From the IMG/VR virus record IMGVR_UViG_3300027797_000014: 64,000 nt of DNA. One strand, given 5' to 3'. Origin of the DNA: an uncultured virus (IMG/VR IMGVR_UViG_3300027797_000014) (Duplodnaviria; Heunggongvirae; Uroviricota; Caudoviricetes). Below the pieces are notes generated by a model. That model was not told the origin of the DNA and made no database searches. It was given only the letters and a program-made list of their open reading frames with translations. Below are positions 48,930 to 57,527 of this stretch, one piece after another. Within the stretch, counting starts at the first letter, position 1; each line of letters starts with the position of its first letter. The position numbers were made by a program, and so were the translations under genes.

Positions 48930-49160
48930 ATGGAAACTAAAAGATCAAAATATAGAGATTTAATGATGCTAATTACTGGTGTAATTGGCCTTGGTTCTTT
49001 TGTATTTACAATCTATGCTGTTGTATATATACCTACTGTAAAAGATAATGATTTATTTGTGCAATTAATGGGTATGATACAAGGTGTAGTTATAAGTAAT
49101 ATATTTGCATATTATTACGGAACTAGTGCTGAACATTCTGATAAAAATAATAACCAATAA
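48930..49160 (+). CDS. Putative two-TM holin
   Basis: Two TM helices ending IFAYYYGTS, similar to the YYFGSS motif of small phage holins, then a polar tail. Confidence 0.55.
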   Translation: METKRSKYRDLMMLITGVIGLGSFVFTIYAVVYIPTVKDNDLFVQLMGMIQGVVISNIFAYYYGTSAEHSDKNNNQ

Positions 49161-49162
49161 AT

Positions 49163-49399
49163 ATGAAAATCATGATAAATAAAGAAGGTAAAGCAGAAGA
49201 ACGCAAATGGCAAATTCAATCTGCACTAAGTACTCTACAAAGAGCAGAAGAAATTAAGAATGATACATCTTTAATGAGAGATGTTAAAAAGGCTGCGGGT
49301 CTTGAAGCTAAAAGATTACAAACATTAGCTAATGGTGGTAGTATTATGTCAGCACCAAAAAAAATGGCAGTTAAAAAAGTAATAACTAAAAAGAAATAA
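49163..49399 (+). CDS. Hypothetical basic protein
   Basis: ORF in a tightly packed operon; LANGG motif followed by a K-rich tail. Confidence 0.65.
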   Translation: MKIMINKEGKAEERKWQIQSALSTLQRAEEIKNDTSLMRDVKKAAGLEAKRLQTLANGGSIMSAPKKMAVKKVITKKK

Positions 49400-49401
49400 T
49401 A

Positions 49402-49650
49402 ATGAAAAGTCCAAAAACAGGTATCTCTTTTCCTATGCAAGGATTAGAATACCAAAGAGAAACAACAAATGGATATTATGATCCAACTTCTATACCTGCA
49501 GCTATTCAACGAAAAAAGAATCAAGCTCAAGTATTGAGAAGTATCAAGAAAGCAAAAGATGGAATTAACATTCCTAGGTCAAGTACAAGAGCAAATGAAC
49601 CTGTTCAATCAGCTGCTTTTAAAAGTGGTTATAGAACTAATAAAAAATAA
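49402..49650 (+). CDS. Hypothetical basic protein
   Basis: ORF in a tightly packed operon. Confidence 0.6.
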   Translation: MKSPKTGISFPMQGLEYQRETTNGYYDPTSIPAAIQRKKNQAQVLRSIKKAKDGINIPRSSTRANEPVQSAAFKSGYRTNKK

Positions 49651-49655
49651 ATAAC

Positions 49656-50000
49656 ATGGCAACTATAGTAGCACAAAAAATTTTACAGTCAGGGTTAATC
49701 CCTACTTACTCTGCAGCAGCAGCTGGTGGAGATAAACTTGCCAATACTGGAGTACAATATTTTCATGTAAAAAATGCTAGTGGTGTTACTATAACTGCAA
49801 ATGTAGTGCCTGTAGTAACTGTATACATAGATCCTGTATTAGGAAAACTAGTTAAGGAAACTGCAAGTTTAGTATTACCAGCCGGGCAATCAGGATTTTT
49901 AGGACCATTTGAAACGGGTGCCTTTAATGATACACAAGGATTTATTACAATAACTTGTACAGCTATTACTTCAGTGACTTTAGCTGCACTTTATATTTAA
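49656..50000 (+). CDS. Small beta-rich structural protein
   Basis: AAAAGGDK...VKNASG...FLGPF pattern typical of small phage virion proteins. Confidence 0.5.
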   Translation: MATIVAQKILQSGLIPTYSAAAAGGDKLANTGVQYFHVKNASGVTITANVVPVVTVYIDPVLGKLVKETASLVLPAGQSGFLGPFETGAFNDTQGFITITCTAITSVTLAALYI

Positions 50001-50004
50001 AATT

Positions 50005-52377
50005 ATGAGCACTTTCATACAAGAGGCATTAGGATTATTAAATAGGAACCAAAAAAAAACAACTTTAGATAAAACTAAAGATTGGTTTGAGTTTGGTAAA
50101 CTATATCAAACAAGTAGTTTAAATAATAAGTCAGGATATACTCCTAAAATGGACCCTTTTGTAATTAAATGGGGTGATTTTATTTGTCAAGCTACAGAAG
50201 ATATGACAAGAACTTTGCCTGGGCAAGGTAATCTTGGTTATATTCCTGTATATACTGATCCGTCAGGTAGTTGTAATTGGGATACTTTAAAAGATTCCAT
50301 CATTACACAAAATTCACTTAATACTATTATTAATGTTTCTGGTTCATTACAAGTACTTGCAGATGTTCAAATCTCAGGTGGAGATTTAACTGCAACTACA
50401 GCAACGTTTAATCTTTTAAATACTGCCCCGGTATCTATTATTAATTTTGGAAGTACCACTACTAATATAGAAGTGGGTGGTGCAGCTACAGTTGTTAATA
50501 TTAATGGAACTGCAGAAAGTACAAATTGTACTACAGGAGCATTAGTAGTTGACGGTGGTGTTGGTATTGCTAAAAACTTAAATGTTTGTGGTGAATTATC
50601 AGTTACTGGTGCAGCATTTTTAAATGGAAATGTTTCATTAGGTAATAATATTTCTGATATTGTTAGATTATATGGAACACTTTATGATAATGCCGGCAAT
50701 GGACCTTTGGTTAATCAAGTTTTAGTTGGTCAAGGTGGTGGCCAAGCTTTTTGGCAGAATGATGATGTTACTGAAGCATTAACATATGGTTCTATTTGGA
50801 GAGGTAACTCTTCAAATCTAAAAGAACAATTATCAATTGGTGCTTCAGGTACTGTATTAATTTCTGATGGAACAACTTTAAACTGGACTCCCGCACCTTG
50901 GATTACATCTTTTAATGTTGCTGGTAATATTGGAACTGGCTTACTTAGTATAACTGAAGGAAATACACTTTCTATTTTAGGTGGAACTGGTATAAGCACA
51001 TCAACAACTGCTACAGATACTGTTACTATTAATCATTTAGATTACGGTACTGCAGGTACGTATACATATCCTTCTTCAATTACAACAAATGCCCAAGGTC
51101 ACATAACAGCAATTACATCTGGTACTGCCGGTGGTAGTGTAACTGCAAATAACGGTCTTACTATGAGTACTGCAACTAACGTTCAGTTAGGTGGTACTTT
51201 AGCACAAGGAACTACAATTCAAACTCAAACTTTTGATATTAATTTACAAGGTACAAGCGCATTTCCAATATTGAATGTTAATCAATTAGGTACAAGCTCA
51301 GGAAGTGCTGCTATCAAAGGAACTTCAGCTGGTGGTTATGCTGGATATTTTGAAGGATTTGGTGATTCACTTGCAGCTGTATATGCTAATATTAGTAATA
51401 TTACATATCCAACTATTAAAATTATTCATTCTGCTGGTGGTATTCCGGGAAGATTTGAACGTTTAGGTGCTAATAATACAGGTATAGGTACTGTATTAGG
51501 TTTATACAATGCATGTAATACTGGTCCCGGTGCTGTTGGTTTAGGGGCCGGTATTAACTTTAATATTGAAGATGGCAGTTCATTCTCTGTTTCTGCTGGT
51601 TCTATTGCTTATGATTGGACTTCATTCTCTGGAGGTAATACATCAAGATTTAGTATAACAACTAATCTTGCGGGTACAATAGCAAACAAACTTGAAGTAG
51701 CTGGTTCTGGTCAATTAAAGTTAAATAACTATGGTGTAAATACTTTTACAGGAACACCTACATATTTGTTAGCTACAACATCTACCGGAAATATTATTGA
51801 AACTGCTATTCCTAGTGGTTTAATGAGTAGTTTTAATGTTAGTGGTGATACTGGTTCTCCAGATACAATAACTAATGGTGAAACTCTTTCAATTGCCGGA
51901 GGCACTGGCTTATCATCAGTTGCAACTTCAGGATCTGGTGTTACTTTAAATTTAGATAATACTGCTGTTGTAGCAGGTACATATAATAATGCAACTCTTA
52001 CTGTTGATGCGCAAGGTAGAATTACTAATGCAATTGAAAATGGTGCTGAACCTAAAAAACTTGTATTTTTAGTTAGTCAAAGTGGGGTAGCGGGTGCAGA
52101 TCCAACACCAGTATCTATACAATCTACTTTAGGTTTTAGTGTTGTATTAGATTATGTTAGTGTTGGTGTATATACAATAACTTGTCTTCAACCTGTTTTT
52201 ACACTTAATAAAACTGCAGTATTTATTACACCCAATGTAAATCTTGAAACACCTTATTGTGCTGCTATTCAAAGAACAAATAGTACAACATTAACTTTTG
52301 CTTCTTATAATATGGCAGGTACATATCAAAATGGTTTATTTGATTTGGCTACTATAAGAGTTGAAGTATACATTTAA
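50005..52377 (+). CDS. Tail fibre / spike protein
   Basis: G/T/S/N-rich; TTGALVVDGGVGIAKNLNV; duplicated SFNVxG...GxTLSIxGGTG and AGTY...T(T/V)xAQGxIT repeats. Confidence 0.75.
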   Translation: MSTFIQEALGLLNRNQKKTTLDKTKDWFEFGKLYQTSSLNNKSGYTPKMDPFVIKWGDFICQATEDMTRTLPGQGNLGYIPVYTDPSGSCNWDTLKDSIITQNSLNTIINVSGSLQVLADVQISGGDLTATTATFNLLNTAPVSIINFGSTTTNIEVGGAATVVNINGTAESTNCTTGALVVDGGVGIAKNLNVCGELSVTGAAFLNGNVSLGNNISDIVRLYGTLYDNAGNGPLVNQVLVGQGGGQAFWQNDDVTEALTYGSIWRGNSSNLKEQLSIGASGTVLISDGTTLNWTPAPWITSFNVAGNIGTGLLSITEGNTLSILGGTGISTSTTATDTVTINHLDYGTAGTYTYPSSITTNAQGHITAITSGTAGGSVTANNGLTMSTATNVQLGGTLAQGTTIQTQTFDINLQGTSAFPILNVNQLGTSSGSAAIKGTSAGGYAGYFEGFGDSLAAVYANISNITYPTIKIIHSAGGIPGRFERLGANNTGIGTVLGLYNACNTGPGAVGLGAGINFNIEDGSSFSVSAGSIAYDWTSFSGGNTSRFSITTNLAGTIANKLEVAGSGQLKLNNYGVNTFTGTPTYLLATTSTGNIIETAIPSGLMSSFNVSGDTGSPDTITNGETLSIAGGTGLSSVATSGSGVTLNLDNTAVVAGTYNNATLTVDAQGRITNAIENGAEPKKLVFLVSQSGVAGADPTPVSIQSTLGFSVVLDYVSVGVYTITCLQPVFTLNKTAVFITPNVNLETPYCAAIQRTNSTTLTFASYNMAGTYQNGLFDLATIRVEVYI

Positions 52378-52395
52378 TAAATAAAAATAAACAAT

Positions 52396-52560
52396 ATGAA
52401 AAAATATCAAATAGGTGGAAGCATGCAATCACGCACAAGTGATGAATTAAATCCTAACAAAATGAAAAGTAAAGTTGCACCTAACCCCGGTTTTGTGCCA
52501 TCTGGTTCAATGAGTCAGATGAAAAAAGGTGGTCAAGTTAAAAAATCAAAAAAATACTAA
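52396..52560 (+). CDS. Small basic protein, 54 aa, with two xGG motifs (not in the ORF track)
   Basis: Translated by hand: MKKYQIGGSMQSRTSDELNPNKMKSKVAPNPGFVPSGSMSQMKKGGQVKKSKKY. Confidence 0.75.
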   Translation: MKKYQIGGSMQSRTSDELNPNKMKSKVAPNPGFVPSGSMSQMKKGGQVKKSKKY

Positions 52561-52562
52561 AC

Positions 52563-52991
52563 ATGGAAAAACTAACTTTTAATGAAATGCTTCAAGCTGC
52601 TGTAGAAGCAGTAAAGCAAGAATCAAAAACAGCTGAATTATATCAAGCATTCACAGGTGAAAAAATGAATGCAATGCAAGTTATATTCAAAGGTGATTTA
52701 AAATATCCTTCTTATGTAGTCCTTGTTGATTCATTGGGTGATACAACTGTAAAAGGTATGCCTTCACCTTATATGGAAGATTTAGTTATTAGACTTCCTT
52801 TAGAGATGACTCAAGAAGAATCTGAAGCAGCTTTAGTTGCAGCGGGTTATGATCAAAGATGGAATAGTATAACGCTTAGAGCTCCATTATATAAAATAGT
52901 ATATCCCCCATTGTACATCTATGAAGTTGAACATGTTGGATTTATTGCTGTAGACTCTACAGATTCTACTAATGTTTTCCCTTTATCTTAA
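52563..52991 (+). CDS. Hypothetical acidic protein
   Basis: 142 aa ORF starting 2 nt after the previous stop. Confidence 0.7.
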   Translation: MEKLTFNEMLQAAVEAVKQESKTAELYQAFTGEKMNAMQVIFKGDLKYPSYVVLVDSLGDTTVKGMPSPYMEDLVIRLPLEMTQEESEAALVAAGYDQRWNSITLRAPLYKIVYPPLYIYEVEHVGFIAVDSTDSTNVFPLS

Positions 52992-53007
52992 ATTTTAAAA
53001 ATCAATT

Positions 53008-53661
53008 ATGAAAAAACTATTATTATTTGCAGTAACAATCACAATGTTAATTGGCTGCGTAAAGCAACAAGATGATCTTGATGAAAGAGAATCAGGTGTA
53101 CTAAGAATCCACAAAGGTAAATTTGCTTTTTGTGGTGCTTCTGGTGCAGTGCCAACAGGTAAAAAGATTGTTATTCAAGGTGTAACCTATGATGAAGGTT
53201 GTGCTATTTGTCCTGTATTAGATGGTCCTTCAATTTCTAACCTAGCTATGTATGGTAGTGGTGGAACCTGGGGTGACTTTAATGTAAGAAACAGTTTCAA
53301 AACTCCTGATGGAACAGATAGTACTGTTTGGTCTTTGTTTTGGTATTTTGATGCTGCTGATAGTGTTCCTCAATTTAATCCAGAAACTAAAGAATGGGAA
53401 TTGTTGCCACCAAATAATAGAGCATTTGTAGTAAATACTGATTCACCTGAAACAAGTGAAAGTAATATGTTTTGCATGCCAGCAGTAGTGTTTGATACAA
53501 CCTCAACGGGTATTGTATTAGCTAGATGCTATGGGCCCTTAAATGAAGCAGCTGTACCATTACGTAAAGCAGTTCCTGTAAAGTCAGGAATGAAATCAAT
53601 TACAGCAGCTAAAGTTGGTGCTCCCTATCCTGTAGGTACACCTATTCCTGTAAAAGAGTAA
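53008..53661 (+). CDS. Lipoprotein, Cys-rich
   Basis: MKKLLLFAVTITMLIG-C lipobox followed by KQQDDLDE. Confidence 0.75.
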   Translation: MKKLLLFAVTITMLIGCVKQQDDLDERESGVLRIHKGKFAFCGASGAVPTGKKIVIQGVTYDEGCAICPVLDGPSISNLAMYGSGGTWGDFNVRNSFKTPDGTDSTVWSLFWYFDAADSVPQFNPETKEWELLPPNNRAFVVNTDSPETSESNMFCMPAVVFDTTSTGIVLARCYGPLNEAAVPLRKAVPVKSGMKSITAAKVGAPYPVGTPIPVKE

Positions 53662-53954
53662 TGACCGTTATAAAAAGTAATAATGACCGTTATAATGCAC
53701 AAATAACTTAATTTTGTGCATTATAAGACACATTATCTTGAATTAGTTTAAAATTATGTTAGTATTTGTACTTATAGTGCAATATACAGCACAATAATAA
53801 ACTTATAACCCGCCAAATGTACCTATTTTTGTATAGTTTTGGCGAGTTATAACACATTTGGTATAATACTAATTGGTATAATTATTTTGGGCATAATGAC
53901 TAATATAATGGTTATTATGCCCATTTTTTATATAATCTAACCAATATATTGGTT
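53659..53954. repeat. Array of hairpins and short direct repeats at a convergent junction
   Basis: TAATGACCGTTATAA twice (53659-53673, 53681-53695); inverted repeats 53690-53726, 53803-53852, 53888-53923; palindrome 53939-53954. Confidence 0.8.
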
Positions 53955-54079
53955 TTTTTATCTTTTGGTTTACATCTATCACAATACAAGTCTTTTGTCA
54001 AACCTGTACTTATAATAACCGTACAATTATGACAAAGTGTAGCACCAAGGCCGCCATTAAGTTTATGTATTGGTTTCAT
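53915..54079 (-). CDS. Small Zn-finger protein, 54 aa (not in the ORF track)
   Basis: MKPIHKLNGGLGATLCHNC...LYCDRC...; start overlaps the upstream stop (ATGA). Confidence 0.7.
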   Translation of the reverse strand: MKPIHKLNGGLGATLCHNCTVIISTGLTKDLYCDRCKPKDKKTNILVRLYKKWA

Positions 54080-54552
54080 AATCTTTTTTTAATTACATAA
54101 CTATGATTCCAAGTTGATTTTTTGGTTTCCATATCTATCCATGGCCATGTTTTTTTAGCTTTACGTATATCCTTATCAGCATAATGTTTCCACCATAATA
54201 TCATTTCCCAATATTTATCATCTTTATTATCTGGTGAACGCCAATGTATTGCAAACTGCCAATTAAAAAAGAATATCATAAATGATGGAGCCCATTCAAA
54301 TCTAGGAGAATCAAATTTATCTTTCCATCCTAAATCATTAGAATGAAAAGCAATTGGCCAACCATATGATATTTCATAACCAAATAGTTTAAAAGCTTTA
54401 CATCTTAAAAATCTAGGTTTTTCTTTTCTTATTGTTAAAATAGTAGAATTAAAATACCATGGTTGAAAATATGGTGTACCATAAACTATTTTGCCTAAAT
54501 AATACTTCTTTACTGGAGGTACAAAAACCCCTTTAAAATCATTTATTTTCAT
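54076..54552 (-). CDS. Hypothetical Trp-rich phage protein
   Basis: 158 aa ORF overlapping both neighbours. Confidence 0.7.
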   Translation of the reverse strand: MKINDFKGVFVPPVKKYYLGKIVYGTPYFQPWYFNSTILTIRKEKPRFLRCKAFKLFGYEISYGWPIAFHSNDLGWKDKFDSPRFEWAPSFMIFFFNWQFAIHWRSPDNKDDKYWEMILWWKHYADKDIRKAKKTWPWIDMETKKSTWNHSYVIKKRL

Positions 54553-54727
54553 CTTTTATTTCTTTTTCAGTTAATATATAAAAAGCAGTCAAAATTTCAT
54601 TCCAGTGTTCAGCCAGCTTAAAATCTAAATCTACTAGATATAAACATTGTAATATATGTTTTTCTGCGTCAGCTTTACCCAACTTAATAAAAATTTGTTT
54701 TGCTTTTTCTTCAGTTGTTATACTCAT
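54539..54727 (-). CDS. Hypothetical protein, 62 aa
   Basis: ORF in an operon. Confidence 0.6.
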   Translation of the reverse strand: MSITTEEKAKQIFIKLGKADAEKHILQCLYLVDLDFKLAEHWNEILTAFYILTEKEIKDENK

Positions 54728-54730
54728 TTT

Positions 54731-54778
54731 TTAAAAGGTAAAGGGGATGGTTTTATCCACCCCCTGTTGGTTTACCTA
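54731..54778 (-). terminator. Terminator-like GC-rich hairpin
   Basis: Minus strand AGGTAA..AGGGGGTGG-ATAAAA-CCATCCCCTTTACCT-TTT. Confidence 0.5.
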
Positions 54779-54783
54779 CATAA

Positions 54784-54855
54784 TTATTTTGGATCATTTG
54801 TTATGCACAAATAAAAGCATATAAAAGCAAATATAGCTGCTAACAAAGTCCACAT
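54784..54855 (-). CDS. Possible 23 aa hydrophobic peptide
   Basis: MWTLLAAIFAFICFYLCITNDPK; ATG 2 nt after the upstream stop. Confidence 0.45.
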   Translation of the reverse strand: MWTLLAAIFAFICFYLCITNDPK

Positions 54856-54857
54856 AA

Positions 54858-55766
54858 TTAATCTTTGACTAGATATATATCTTGTACTAATCTAGAGTGT
54901 GTTACATCTTCATCTATTTGAATGGCATTTTCATTCCATTCTTGCATAGTAATGTTTAAACTTGCATCTTGAGTTGTATCAAATTCAGATAAATCTAAGT
55001 CATCATTCATTGTAATGTTCATCTTTGATAATACTCTGGCTGTCATGAAATCATGAAAGTTTTGACTATCAGATAACCAATCTCTTGGATGGGCCTTTTT
55101 CAATGCATGTGTAACGTGGTTATAGAATGTCCAAGCATTTTCTTGATCACATTGGTAATCATATGATGGTTTCTCTAACTCAGCTTTAACACAAGACATT
55201 TGTGCAGCATCAAGGATATCTTCATTGATATAAAGCCTTCCAGCAATCTCAGCCTGCTCTTGTAATGATAAATTAGTATTTCTCATTGCATCTCTATCAT
55301 TAAGGATACGTTTGTAATACTTTTCACCATTCTTGATCTGATTAGAAATTTGCATTCTAATATCATGATCAGCAGAACCAGTATGCTTTCTTCTAAAGTT
55401 CATCATGTCACCGGCCACCATACCATTATGGCAAACCATAACATATGCACCTATTGCACATTGAAAACGTGTGCTCTTATCATAAGAGTTTGTCCAGGCA
55501 AACATCATCCCCAACTCTTTTTCCTCCATAATGGTGGGATCAACAGTGTTGATTGGTAAGATATGATATATGCCTTGTGCTACATTGGCATCCATATTTG
55601 CTCTATATAATTCCTTTTGAATAATAAAACCGCTATCTGCTAGCAGTTGTTTTGTGTTATCTATCACTTGTTTATGTGATATAACTGTATAACTTTTACC
55701 ATGATTTGGTAAGGGTGCGTTTTCTAGGTAATTCCTAGTTGTTTCTTTTGGTTTATTATAACCCAT
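54858..55766 (-). CDS. DUF932/DUF945-like protein
   Basis: YTVISH, NSYDKS, VCHNGMV, RKHTG and AWTFYNHVTHALK motifs. Confidence 0.65.
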   Translation of the reverse strand: MGYNKPKETTRNYLENAPLPNHGKSYTVISHKQVIDNTKQLLADSGFIIQKELYRANMDANVAQGIYHILPINTVDPTIMEEKELGMMFAWTNSYDKSTRFQCAIGAYVMVCHNGMVAGDMMNFRRKHTGSADHDIRMQISNQIKNGEKYYKRILNDRDAMRNTNLSLQEQAEIAGRLYINEDILDAAQMSCVKAELEKPSYDYQCDQENAWTFYNHVTHALKKAHPRDWLSDSQNFHDFMTARVLSKMNITMNDDLDLSEFDTTQDASLNITMQEWNENAIQIDEDVTHSRLVQDIYLVKD

Positions 55767-55785
55767 AGTATTAAACTTTTAAAGT

Positions 55786-55817
55786 GTAAATGTACAAAAA
55801 ATGTTTAGATAAACAAA
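55786..55817 (-). promoter_or_regulatory. Bacteroidota sigma-A-like promoter candidate
   Basis: Minus strand TTTG...TACATTTA, close to the -33 TTTG / -7 TAnnTTTG consensus, upstream of 55766. Confidence 0.4.
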
Positions 55818-55826
55818 ATATAAATA

Positions 55827-56191
55827 TTAATTATTTACATTTAGTGCATTTGTGAGTGTATAGGCATTAGAAGTACCACTTCCTAAAAAGGTATTTGTAC
55901 CATTTGTAGTACGAGTACCAAGTAATGAATTTCCAAAGATAACTCCGGTGTTGCCAGTAGTAATACTAGCATTGGAAAACACAGGAGTACTTAAAAATTT
56001 CTGATTACAATTTGTACATTGTCAGGATTTGTGGCATATTCTTCAGGAATTTCTCTTGTGATTTTAAATACAAGGTCTTTTTCTGATTTAGCTAATACTG
56101 TGGTTGGTTCAATGATGATTTTTGAATCTACATAAACACCATCTTTGTCATTTTCATGCAGAATTACTGCATATTGGAATAAATTTTTCAT
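55827..56191 (-). CDS. 66 aa protein (56191-55991) with a probable -1 frameshift extension of 55 aa to a stop at 55827-55829
   Basis: A_AAT_TTT heptamer directly before the TAA, 5 nt spacer, hairpin, and an open -1 frame without an ATG. Confidence 0.65.
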
Positions 56192-56202
56192 TGTTATTTG
56201 GT

Positions 56203-56505
56203 TTAATTGTTTTTTACAAATTGTCCATTAACCATTTTACCGGTTCTCTTACTAATTACTTTGTATGCTGACTCAAGGCATTCCTCCAAGGTTAATCCTT
56301 GCATTTTACATTGAATAATTAATGTAACTACAATGTCCCCAATAGCATCAATGATCTCAGGACGATTGTCCTCTCTAATAGCAGTGTATAATTCATTAAC
56401 TTCTTCCTGTGTTTTATCACATTGTCTAAGTGTTGTGGCATTAGCTAAAATACCTTTTTCTTCTGCCCACGCTTCTACTGCGCATTCTAATTCAAAATAA
56501 TCCAT
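56203..56505 (-). CDS. MazG-like nucleotide pyrophosphohydrolase
   Basis: WAEEKGI...KTQEEVNEL...DAIGD...AYKVISKRTGKMVNGQFVK. Confidence 0.8.
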   Translation of the reverse strand: MDYFELECAVEAWAEEKGILANATTLRQCDKTQEEVNELYTAIREDNRPEIIDAIGDIVVTLIIQCKMQGLTLEECLESAYKVISKRTGKMVNGQFVKNN

Positions 56506-56524
56506 GTTTTTTTCTTTTTTTTAA

Positions 56525-56938
56525 TTAATCAGGTACAATAATATTATTAATACCTCTGTATTCCAACTCTTTTGCAATAATTTGTTCCATCCAAGATGCC
56601 ATTCTACCTGACATATTTTTAATGATGTTTACAAGATGATCATTAGACATTTCTGCTACTGATTTATATGATAAAGGTGATTTACCATCTTTACCTCTGT
56701 TGCCCCAATAAGAAAAATCCCGGTTAACAAGATGATCTTCTGATAAATATACAGTAAAACTTGTATCAACTAAATCAAGGTTTACACCTCCATAACGTTG
56801 ATAATTGTTACCTCCATCTACCATTGTTTTATTAGGACAACTGCATGTTTTATAATCATGCCCATAATAAGAAGTTAATATCTCCTTACATTCTTTACAC
56901 TGAACTCTGTTTAGGATTATTTGTTCTAGTCCATTCAT
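56525..56938 (-). CDS. Zn-binding phage protein
   Basis: CKEC...HDYKTCSC...VDGG pattern. Confidence 0.65.
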   Translation of the reverse strand: MNGLEQIILNRVQCKECKEILTSYYGHDYKTCSCPNKTMVDGGNNYQRYGGVNLDLVDTSFTVYLSEDHLVNRDFSYWGNRGKDGKSPLSYKSVAEMSNDHLVNIIKNMSGRMASWMEQIIAKELEYRGINNIIVPD

Positions 56939-56940
56939 AA

Positions 56941-57099
56941 TTAGTTTAGTTTAATTCTATAACCCCATTTAGATGCGGCCATATACTCTTCAAAATAACA
57001 ATCCTGCCAGTAATAAATCATTTGACCAGCTTTGCGGTCATAAAAACCTACTCTTGTGGTTTTGACCATTGTAAATCTACTTATTAAATTTTTTATCAT
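56941..57099 (-). CDS. Hypothetical protein, 52 aa (not in the ORF track)
   Basis: MIKNLISRFTMVKTTRVGFYDRKAGQMIYYWQDCYFEEYMAASKWGYRIKLN; fills the gap exactly. Confidence 0.65.
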   Translation of the reverse strand: MIKNLISRFTMVKTTRVGFYDRKAGQMIYYWQDCYFEEYMAASKWGYRIKLN

Positions 57100-57104
57100 A
57101 ATAT

Positions 57105-57527
57105 TTATCTATCACATTCAACAAAGGATTCCGGATACATTTTCAATGCCTCAAGGTATCTTTCTACAAAAGGAATAAAGTGAACATATAAACCCCATCC
57201 ATTTGGTGAATCAAAGGTTCTGTAGTGTTCTGGTCTTGCTAGCATATCTTGTAAACCTTTTTCAATAATAAGAATTATTTCATATGCTTTTACAGGATTT
57301 TCTTCTTCAAACTTATACTCAGCATCATAATCATCTTCAGAAATATTATATCCTTCTTTTAATTGATAAGGTCTCCAAAGAGCTTTATATATTCCGGCTG
57401 CTGCAGCCATTGTTCCCAAGTTATGGGTTATGTTAGATGAATACAAAGATTCTCTTTTTGGTTCTAAAGTTTTACCTCCGTCATAACTGACGTGATAATT
57501 TCTGTACAAAGTTACGTCTAAACTCAT
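57105..57527 (-). CDS. Conserved-looking hypothetical phage protein
   Basis: MSLDV...NITHNL..MA...PNGWG pattern. Confidence 0.7.
   Translation of the reverse strand: MSLDVTLYRNYHVSYDGGKTLEPKRESLYSSNITHNLGTMAAAAGIYKALWRPYQLKEGYNISEDDYDAEYKFEEENPVKAYEIILIIEKGLQDMLARPEHYRTFDSPNGWGLYVHFIPFVERYLEALKMYPESFVECDR

Noticed and set aside
46019..49160. Complete lysis cassette including an endolysin
   Set aside because: Holin- and spanin-like genes are present, but no amidase, peptidase or glycosidase motif was found here; the endolysin is probably outside the window
53659..53954. CRISPR array
   Set aside because: Only two copies of a 15 nt repeat 7 nt apart; the other elements are non-identical hairpins; no cas genes
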